NCBI GenBank assembly: GCA_021776775.1
Contig: JAJFFE010000244.1
Location: 1-23,300, forward strand
Length of the DNA stretch: 23,300 nucleotides
From: Planctomycetota bacterium
GTDB taxonomy: Bacteria > Planctomycetota > UBA8108 > UBA1146 > JAJFFE01
Direction: 5' to 3'
Shown here in pieces: positions 15,860 to 23,300 of this stretch; within the stretch, counting starts at the first letter, position 1, and each line of letters opens with the position of its first letter. A program made the position numbers and the translations under genes. The notes beneath the pieces were generated by a model that was not told the DNA's origin, made no database searches, and was given only the letters and a program-made list of their open reading frames with translations.

Positions 15860-18800
15860 ATGAGTTTGCGCACGCACGTAGCGCTACTGACACTCGGGCT
15901 CCTGGCGACGACAGCGCCACCGGTCTGGGCCGCGGCCGATCTCGATCCGTCGACGACGTTCACTGCGGCGGACGGAGCGCGAACCACTCTCGACGTCGGT
16001 GGGGCGTGGGACGGCACCGCCGATGCCTCCGCATCCACCGGTGACACGCTCACCATCACCATCGACAACAACGCGAGCGGCCCCGCCGGATCAGACACCG
16101 CTTACGACCTCACGCTCGTGGTCACGTTACCGGTCGGTTTCAACTACGTGACCGGGAGCGCGAACGGCGTCGTCGGACTGACCGCCACGCAAGTGGGTCA
16201 GACTCTCACGTTCGCGGTACCCGCCGATACCGACCTCCCGCCGAGTACGTCGCTCGCCCTTACGTACGGCGTGGTCACCGCGACCACTGTGACCTCGGGT
16301 ACGTATGAGTTGACTTACACCATCGGCTACGGAACCACCGACGGCGCGACCGACGGCAGCGTGATTGCTTACCAGAACCTCGGTGTCACGGCCGGGGCCA
16401 CGGTGCTCACCGTCGATCGACCGGTGCAAACGCTGGCCGTGGGCGCCACCGCCTCATGGACCGTCGAAGTCACGAACTCGGGGGTGGGCGGGCTTTTCGA
16501 TGTCGTCCTCGAGGAAGCGCTGATCAACCCGAACCCGAGCGGCTCGCTTCAGATCACTTCGATCGTGCAGACGTTGCCGGTGACGCCGGTCGCCACCAGC
16601 GACGCCGACACCCTGACGCTCGCCTACTTGGCGCCGGGTGAAGTTCTGCGCGCGACAGTGCAAGCAACGGTCACCGGTTGCGACACGATCGACAACGAAG
16701 TGTCGACCACCGACCGCACGACCACCACCGCGAAGAGCACCACCGCCCACGTCGTGCTCGACCTCACTGAGCCGCTCATCGGATACACGCCGCCCACGAC
16801 GACGCTGCTCTACGACACTACCGGGAGCGTGAGCTTCGACGTCGACAATCTAGGCCTCGGCGACGCCGACGACATTGTTCTGCAGACCAACTTGGAGTTG
16901 TTGGGGGTCACGGTCACGGCGGTCTCCGGCGACTGGAGCTACAACTCTCTCGACGGCAACTTCACGCTGACGGCGGGAAGCGGAACCCTTTCGAACGGCG
17001 CATCGTCGACGTTGGCGTTCGACATCGCTCCGACTGACGTATGCGTCTCGCTCGGCGGAGGCACCGTGGTTTGGTCGTCGAGTTACGACAACGCCTGCGC
17101 GCAGAGCTACTTGACTCCCATCGAAATCTCGACGCTGAACGCCGTGTCGCTGGTTCCGTCGATCGCGCTCTCGATCGTTCCCGACGACGATCGCCTGGAA
17201 GTCGGAGCGACAAGCGCCTATCGAATCCGGTTCGACGCCACGCAGCTCGCGCTGATCCAGACCGATCCGATTGTCGTGACGCACACGTTGCCGACAGACG
17301 TTACCGCGGTGACGATCAGCGCTCCCGGCACGACCTCCTCGGGGTGCAGTGGCGTCTGCGCGGGTGGCGACACCGTCACGTGGACGATCGACCAGAGCGA
17401 CATCGGCGGAACGCTCGATCTGGTGATCGACTTCACGGCACCCGCGGACCCGTGTTTGGGCGGCACCGACTTGACCTATGCCGCAAGCTTGACCGCCAGC
17501 AGCACCGAGCTCTGCTCGCTGAACGCGTCTGTCAGCACAACGACGCTCCTCATCAATAATCCCGATGCCGGCGTCACGCAGAACTTCAACGTCGCGGCGG
17601 GCACCTTCGAAACGGGAGACCCGGATGACGGAGACCGAACCCGAAACTTCCAAGAGGGTGAGTTCCTCACCTACACCGTGACCTACACGTTCGGAGTGGG
17701 TAGCGCGGGCGTGTGGACCAACACGACGTTGAGCGACAGCTTCGGTGGCCTCGCCGGACAAACTTACGTCGCGGGTACCATGCAATACGAAGTCGATGGA
17801 GGCGGATTCTCCGGCGTAAATCCGGCGGACATCACAGCTGTACCCGGCGCCCTGTCGATAGATTTGGGCTTCCTCACCGCTCAAACCGGCGGGACAACGG
17901 TATCCGGGCATACAGTAACGCTGACGTACCAAACCACGATCCCCGACAGTGACCTGCTAGGGGCGACGAGCCGCACCTTCACGCAACTCGTCACGCTTGA
18001 CCTCGACGGCGGCGCAGGCGGTTGCGCCGGAGTGGGATCGACGTTCACCCAGGGAGCGTTCGTCACGATCGCTCGCGCGGCGCCGACCATCTCGGTAGCG
18101 ATGCCAAGCGATGTCTCCGTGTGTGAAGACTTCACGGTGACGCTGACCGTCGACAACTCGACCAGCGAGTTCCCGTCCAATCTACTCATGACGATCGACA
18201 CTAGCGGCAACTACCTCTACCCGACGGGACAAACTCCGACGTACGGGGGCGCGTTCACCGACGGCAACATCACTTACGTCGAGAACGGTGGCAGCAACCC
18301 TACGTTCGAGTTGACGCCGACGTCGACCGAGTTGACCGCGGCGGGCACGATCACGTTTCAGATGCACCGCGCCGCGGCGACCGGCACCACGCCGACATCG
18401 CTCGACGTCACGCTCGACTACGACGACCACCAAGAGGCCGACACCGCCGGGCGCGACTTCTCGACGAGCGGGTCTGCAACTCCCATTCTCGTCCGCGAAG
18501 GCGTGCTCGACATGATCGTCACGCCGCAGAGCTATACGGTGACCGGGAGCCAGGCGAGTTGGACGATCTACGTCACCAACACCGGCGCCGGCGCCGCGGT
18601 CGACGCGTCACTCACGGCGACGGTAGCGGCGGGACTCACACCGGACGCTACGGATAGCGACGCCCTGAATCCCGGCTACCCCGTCGTGGTTGCAAGTCAG
18701 GACATGACGTGGGATCTCGGCGACATGGCGTCGGGAACGACTCGAACCATCGAAGTCGTGGTCGACGTGACTTCGGCGATCGCCTGCTCGTTCACGCCGG

Positions 18801-21800
18801 GATCCAATTCAGCGACCGCCACCTGGGGTTGCGACGCGACTCCCCACCAAACGCTCAGTGAGAACTCCCCCGACCTGCTGTTCCTCGAGTCCGGAGTTCA
18901 GGCGTACCACGACACGACGCAGAGCCGCGCCCGACTGTGCGATACCGGCACGGTCATCATCACCGCACGCAACACCGGAGGCACTCACGTCTTCGATGTC
19001 GAAATCACCGAGGTGCTGAACCCGCTGACGAGTGGCGTCGACTACGTCGCGAGTTCGTCCGAGTTCTCGACCAACGGCGGCGGCTCGTGGAATCCCGCCG
19101 GCGACCCCTCAGGCGACGGAAGCGCCGGATCTCCTTACACGTGGGACTCGACTGACATCGCGGATCTCGTCGACTTGTCTCCTCTCACCGAAGGCGCTGG
19201 CGTCAGTGAAATCCTCCTGCGCTTCAGCGTCACCGCCGACGAAACCGCCAATCTAGGCGACCCCACGATCCTCGCCGGAATGAGTGGCGATTTGGCGTGC
19301 GGCGGGTCGGTGGCATCTCCGGGAACGCCGTTCACGTTGCCGGTCGAGAAGCCAGACATCCGAGTCACCATGAACACCCGCAATCTCACGAACGGTGGCA
19401 GCTTTGCAGCCTCGGCGTTCGGAGGCAACGGGGACACCGTCGAGTGGCAGGTCGCGGTACAGAACTCGGGGGATCACGACGCGCAAAACGTTCGCTTCGT
19501 CGTCAACCTGCCCAACAGCACTCCCACCTCGACGGTGATCGACGGTACGGGGTTCAGTTCAACTCCTTACACCGACAACTCAGTCATCACCGTTACCGAC
19601 ATCGCCGCCGGCACCACGGAGACGTTCACCATCACTGAAGTCCTGGGCTCCAGCTGTGTCGACGCAACGGCGACCGCCACTGTGACGTGGGGGTGTATCG
19701 ATCTCGGTGCGACGACACCGTCGGGGCTTTCAACACCGACCGACAACAGCGACACCGCGAGCTTCGTCATGGTTCCGGACTTCACGCAAGCCTCGGCGAT
19801 CACTCAAAGCTTCACCGCGCTCGAGAACGGCTTGACCCAAGTTCGTCTGACCATGACCAACAACGGCGGACGCGCCGAGAACTTGGTGCTGACGGACGCG
19901 CTCCCCGCTGGAATCGAGATAGACACCTCCTTCACGCCGACGCTTACCAGTACCGGAAACGTCACCAATGTCGCGGTGAATACGGCGGACGCGACAACAC
20001 CCGTGTTCACATTCACCGGCACCTTGATCAACAACACGAATGCTCGCGTGACGTTTCGCGTTCTACCGGTCACCGACTTCGACACCACAGTCTTGCCGCT
20101 GACAAGCCCCGAAACGGTCGGCTCCGGAGATACCGCGGTACCCGCGGGCGGGACCAATACCGCGACGCTGTCGTTCGACTCGTCGTGTGGTGACGCCGAC
20201 TCCGACGTCGACACCTCGACGCTGAATCCAGCCACGCCTGATCTCGACATGATCGTTTCTCCATCTTCCCAAGTCGTCGCCGACGGCGAAGCGGTCACCT
20301 ACCTATTCACGATCACCAACAACGGCGACGCGAGTTCCATCGCGGGCAACATCGATTTCACCCTGACGGCGGGCGCCGGTTGGACAAGCGTCAATAGCTC
20401 CATCACCACGCCGGGAACCGGCGGATCTGGTGAATCGTGCAGCGGATCGTGCTCGCTGACGGACTTCGGAACGCTCGCCCAAGGAGCGTCCGCCGTAGTC
20501 ACCGTGACAGCGGTCGCCAATGACAACGCAGGGTCCCTGCAGTTGATCGGAGCGGTGACGGGGAGCCTCACCGGCGGGAACTACAGCCTCGACCAAACCC
20601 AAGTACGAGTGGTGGGGTTCGAAACGACGCTCACCCGCCAGTCCACCAGTGAAACCTTCTCGACCGGCGCCGAGGTGGCGGTCGGTGAAGAGATCACGTG
20701 GCGGTTGACCGGCCGTTACTTCGGCGGCGAAGCGCTGACCGCGGTCTCGATTCGCAACACTCTGCCCACCGAACTCGGCTACGTCTCACACGCCACCGTC
20801 GGGAGTCACGACGTCACGATCTCCGGAGTTACCGGGGACACCGCAGTCACCTCGGGCACGATCAACTTTTCGGTGAGTGACTTCGCGGGGGTAGGAACGT
20901 TCGAAGTCGATCTGATCGCGCGAGTCCTCAACGTCGCGGGCAGCACCGATGGCGCGTCGCTCACCAACAACGTCGGATACACGTTCGACGCCTTCGGCGA
21001 CACTTACGCGTCCGATGCCGCCGCCGACGCCTTCGCCGGAGCGGAGTCGGATCTTCACGCCGACGACAGCGTCACCGTCAGACGACCTAACATCTCCGTA
21101 GCGAAGCTGGTCCGCAACGTGACGACCAGCGGGAGTTTCGCGACGTCGGCGGCCGGCGAAGCGGGCGACACCTTCGAATACCAAGTCACCGTCAACAACA
21201 GCGGCAACTTCCCCGGTCTCGATGTTTCGATCGTCGACACGCTCGCGACCAGCGAGCTGTTGATGGTCGACGGAGCGTCGGACGGTATCGACAACGACGG
21301 CGATGGAAGTATCGACGACGCCACCGAGGGCAGATACACGGTCGGAAGCGGCGGTGATGTCACGTTCGACCACACGTCAACAGTGCTCGCGTCGGGGTCG
21401 CCTTCGCAGACCTTGGCGCAACTCGACGCCGGTGAGTCACTGGTCTTCTTGTATCGAGTCACGGCCGGGTCCGGCGTGAACCCGGAGGAAGTCCTGGCCA
21501 ACAATGTGGTATCGACCACGACCAGCCTCCCCGGAGCCAGCGGATCTCAGTCGTCGTCCGCCGGTGTCAGCGGTGCGACCGACGGCGAACTGAGCCTGAC
21601 CGACAGCGATAGCATCGACGTCACGGTCGACTCAGTCGCGCTCGCCAAAACCATCGTCGCCACGGCGCTGGGAGCGGATACCTCGACCGACGTCGTCATC
21701 GGCGAACAGATCACCTTCGAACTGTCGGTAGTCTTGCCGTCGGGTACGGTGCCCGCGCTCGAGATCGACGACTCGCTCCCGGCCGGGCTCTCACTCGTCG

Positions 21801-23300
21801 CGACGCCGGCCGTTACGCTCGGATCCGCCATCCCAGGGGGTCAGCCGACCATCACCCCGGGCGCGTTGCCCGCCTCCGGCAGTCCGCTCGCCATCAACTG
21901 GGACTTCGGCAGTCGAATCGTCGCCGCCGGGACCACGGCGGAGCGCACCGTGACCGTGACCTACACGGCGCAGATCGAAAACGTAGTCGGCAACGTCGAA
22001 GGTACTGTGCTGACCAACACCGCGTCCTACAGCTACACCGGATCGCCGGCCAATAGCATGACGACCACCGTCACTGTGCGCGAACCGTCGATCGCCGTGA
22101 CTCAGACGGTCTCCCCCGACGCGAGCTTCGACGCCGGCGCAACGCTGACCTACACCGTGCAAGTCGTGAACTCGGGCAACGCCACTGCCTACGATCTGAA
22201 CATGGTCGAGACGCTGGCCGCGAGTTTGAGCTACGTCGCGAGCACGACCAACATTACATCGGGTCCCTCGTTCGGCGAACCCGATACGGGCGGCGGCGCC
22301 ATCACGTGGGGTCGAACGCAAGGCGTCCCGCAAGACATCGATCTACCCGCCGGTCAAACGTTGACGTTCACCTACGACGTGTTGGTCGAAGACAGCGTCG
22401 AGCCGAGCCAAGCGATGGGGAGCGACTTCGACTTGGATTGGACTTCGATCGACGGCGACCCGGGAGTTGATCTCGGTGTCACATTGGGAACGGCCGGAGA
22501 CGCCGACGGCGAACGCAACGGCGGCGCTGGCGCGGTCAACGACTTCGCGGCAAGCGACACGGATACCGCGACCTCTGCCGCGACCGCAACGATCAGCGTC
22601 GCCGAGAGCGGCGATACACTGGTACCGTCCGACTTTCGCATTGGTGATCTCGTCACATTCACGATCCAAACCACCGTCAGCGAAGGAACCTTCGACAGCT
22701 TCGAGATCGAAGACACTCTTCCCGCCGGACTTGCCTTCTTCGACGCCCAGTCGATCACGCCGGCCAGCGGAGGCGCGGCGTTCACTTACACGCAGCCAAC
22801 GGGAGGATCGTTACCTTCCGCCGGCGATACCGGGGTGCTGACGTGGAGCCTCGGCACGGTGGTGAACGCGGGCGACGACGACGGGACGAACAACACGCTG
22901 ACGCTCGTGTACCGAGCACGCATTCTCGACACCGGCGGCTTGGCGACCACGCGAACCACGCAGACGGTGAGCAATTCGTCGGTCGTCCGCTATCTCGACG
23001 CGGCGGACGGTGCCCAGGCAACGGCCGCCTCGACCAGCGATGTGACGGTCGATCAGCCTGCTCTCACCGCAGTCCTCGTTCTCGCCCCTGGCCAAACGGC
23101 GCCCGTGTCGGGCGGCGACACCGTCGACTACGTGTTGACCGTCACCAATGGTGGCGACGCACCCGCCTACAACACGTCTCTGATCGATGTCTTACCAGCC
23201 GACCTCAGGGGCAGCGCAGTCACCACGGTCAGCGCCACCGTCGACGGCTCGTCTATTGGCCTCGGCAATCCCACGTGGGTCGGCGCCACCGGCACCGCGA
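15860..23300 (+). CDS. Giant cell-surface protein with many DUF11-type ('conserved repeat domain') beta-sandwich repeats; 5' complete, 3' end beyond the window (>2,480 aa)
   Basis: ATG at 15860 immediately follows an in-frame TGA (15842). Signal peptide 'MSLRTHVALLTLGLLATTAPPVWAAADL'. Reading frame 2 by eye shows no stop to 23300 and strong GC3 bias. The protein is Thr/Gly/Ala/Val/Asp-rich with recurring DUF11 signatures: 'VTYLFTITNNGDASS', 'FEYQVTVNNSGNFPGLDVSIVDTLA', 'LTYTVQVVNSGNATAYDLNMVETLAASLSYV', 'VDYVLTVTNGGDAPAYNTSLIDVLPADL'. It is absent from the supplied track because it has no stop inside the window. Confidence 0.85.
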   Translation, partial: MSLRTHVALLTLGLLATTAPPVWAAADLDPSTTFTAADGARTTLDVGGAWDGTADASASTGDTLTITIDNNASGPAGSDTAYDLTLVVTLPVGFNYVTGSANGVVGLTATQVGQTLTFAVPADTDLPPSTSLALTYGVVTATTVTSGTYELTYTIGYGTTDGATDGSVIAYQNLGVTAGATVLTVDRPVQTLAVGATASWTVEVTNSGVGGLFDVVLEEALINPNPSGSLQITSIVQTLPVTPVATSDADTLTLAYLAPGEVLRATVQATVTGCDTIDNEVSTTDRTTTTAKSTTAHVVLDLTEPLIGYTPPTTTLLYDTTGSVSFDVDNLGLGDADDIVLQTNLELLGVTVTAVSGDWSYNSLDGNFTLTAGSGTLSNGASSTLAFDIAPTDVCVSLGGGTVVWSSSYDNACAQSYLTPIEISTLNAVSLVPSIALSIVPDDDRLEVGATSAYRIRFDATQLALIQTDPIVVTHTLPTDVTAVTISAPGTTSSGCSGVCAGGDTVTWTIDQSDIGGTLDLVIDFTAPADPCLGGTDLTYAASLTASSTELCSLNASVSTTTLLINNPDAGVTQNFNVAAGTFETGDPDDGDRTRNFQEGEFLTYTVTYTFGVGSAGVWTNTTLSDSFGGLAGQTYVAGTMQYEVDGGGFSGVNPADITAVPGALSIDLGFLTAQTGGTTVSGHTVTLTYQTTIPDSDLLGATSRTFTQLVTLDLDGGAGGCAGVGSTFTQGAFVTIARAAPTISVAMPSDVSVCEDFTVTLTVDNSTSEFPSNLLMTIDTSGNYLYPTGQTPTYGGAFTDGNITYVENGGSNPTFELTPTSTELTAAGTITFQMHRAAATGTTPTSLDVTLDYDDHQEADTAGRDFSTSGSATPILVREGVLDMIVTPQSYTVTGSQASWTIYVTNTGAGAAVDASLTATVAAGLTPDATDSDALNPGYPVVVASQDMTWDLGDMASGTTRTIEVVVDVTSAIACSFTPGSNSATATWGCDATPHQTLSENSPDLLFLESGVQAYHDTTQSRARLCDTGTVIITARNTGGTHVFDVEITEVLNPLTSGVDYVASSSEFSTNGGGSWNPAGDPSGDGSAGSPYTWDSTDIADLVDLSPLTEGAGVSEILLRFSVTADETANLGDPTILAGMSGDLACGGSVASPGTPFTLPVEKPDIRVTMNTRNLTNGGSFAASAFGGNGDTVEWQVAVQNSGDHDAQNVRFVVNLPNSTPTSTVIDGTGFSSTPYTDNSVITVTDIAAGTTETFTITEVLGSSCVDATATATVTWGCIDLGATTPSGLSTPTDNSDTASFVMVPDFTQASAITQSFTALENGLTQVRLTMTNNGGRAENLVLTDALPAGIEIDTSFTPTLTSTGNVTNVAVNTADATTPVFTFTGTLINNTNARVTFRVLPVTDFDTTVLPLTSPETVGSGDTAVPAGGTNTATLSFDSSCGDADSDVDTSTLNPATPDLDMIVSPSSQVVADGEAVTYLFTITNNGDASSIAGNIDFTLTAGAGWTSVNSSITTPGTGGSGESCSGSCSLTDFGTLAQGASAVVTVTAVANDNAGSLQLIGAVTGSLTGGNYSLDQTQVRVVGFETTLTRQSTSETFSTGAEVAVGEEITWRLTGRYFGGEALTAVSIRNTLPTELGYVSHATVGSHDVTISGVTGDTAVTSGTINFSVSDFAGVGTFEVDLIARVLNVAGSTDGASLTNNVGYTFDAFGDTYASDAAADAFAGAESDLHADDSVTVRRPNISVAKLVRNVTTSGSFATSAAGEAGDTFEYQVTVNNSGNFPGLDVSIVDTLATSELLMVDGASDGIDNDGDGSIDDATEGRYTVGSGGDVTFDHTSTVLASGSPSQTLAQLDAGESLVFLYRVTAGSGVNPEEVLANNVVSTTTSLPGASGSQSSSAGVSGATDGELSLTDSDSIDVTVDSVALAKTIVATALGADTSTDVVIGEQITFELSVVLPSGTVPALEIDDSLPAGLSLVATPAVTLGSAIPGGQPTITPGALPASGSPLAINWDFGSRIVAAGTTAERTVTVTYTAQIENVVGNVEGTVLTNTASYSYTGSPANSMTTTVTVREPSIAVTQTVSPDASFDAGATLTYTVQVVNSGNATAYDLNMVETLAASLSYVASTTNITSGPSFGEPDTGGGAITWGRTQGVPQDIDLPAGQTLTFTYDVLVEDSVEPSQAMGSDFDLDWTSIDGDPGVDLGVTLGTAGDADGERNGGAGAVNDFAASDTDTATSAATATISVAESGDTLVPSDFRIGDLVTFTIQTTVSEGTFDSFEIEDTLPAGLAFFDAQSITPASGGAAFTYTQPTGGSLPSAGDTGVLTWSLGTVVNAGDDDGTNNTLTLVYRARILDTGGLATTRTTQTVSNSSVVRYLDAADGAQATAASTSDVTVDQPALTAVLVLAPGQTAPVSGGDTVDYVLTVTNGGDAPAYNTSLIDVLPADLRGSAVTTVSATVDGSSIGLGNPTWVGATGTA

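Noticed and set aside
16127-23095. Numerous minus-strand (and off-frame plus-strand) ORFs of 60-360 aa in the track (e.g. 16850..17932 -, 20786..21373 -, 21791..22333 -)
   Set aside because: They all lie inside one uninterrupted + strand frame with strong GC3 bias that encodes a coherent DUF11-repeat protein. Their translations are Arg/Gly/Val-rich and low-complexity, as expected for antisense frames of GC-rich coding DNA.

Overview
GC-rich (~63%) bacterial chromosomal window, possibly planctomycete-like (inference from protein content only). It is dominated by genes for secreted and cell-surface proteins. Main coding content: a TPR protein translationally coupled to a secreted purple-acid-phosphatase-like metallophosphoesterase; a small acidic hypothetical; a RecQ helicase fused to a ComF-like phosphoribosyltransferase domain, followed by a small secreted protein; a secreted lamin-tail-like protein coupled to a lipoprotein with four CxxC zinc-ribbon-like repeats; a convergent secreted protein; one tRNA-like gene; an SPFH/band-7 protein; a secreted CxxCH protein; a 642-aa lipoprotein; and a giant (>2,480 aa, open at the window end) DUF11-repeat surface protein whose ORF has no stop and is absent from the supplied track. 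Three otherwise unrelated secreted proteins share the same C-terminal module: a two-repeat dockerin-type Ca-binding segment plus a conserved three-Cys tail. A ~1.1-kb non-coding imperfect palindrome fills the gap between two convergent genes. All identifications rest on reading the translations and the DNA by eye; no searches were run.
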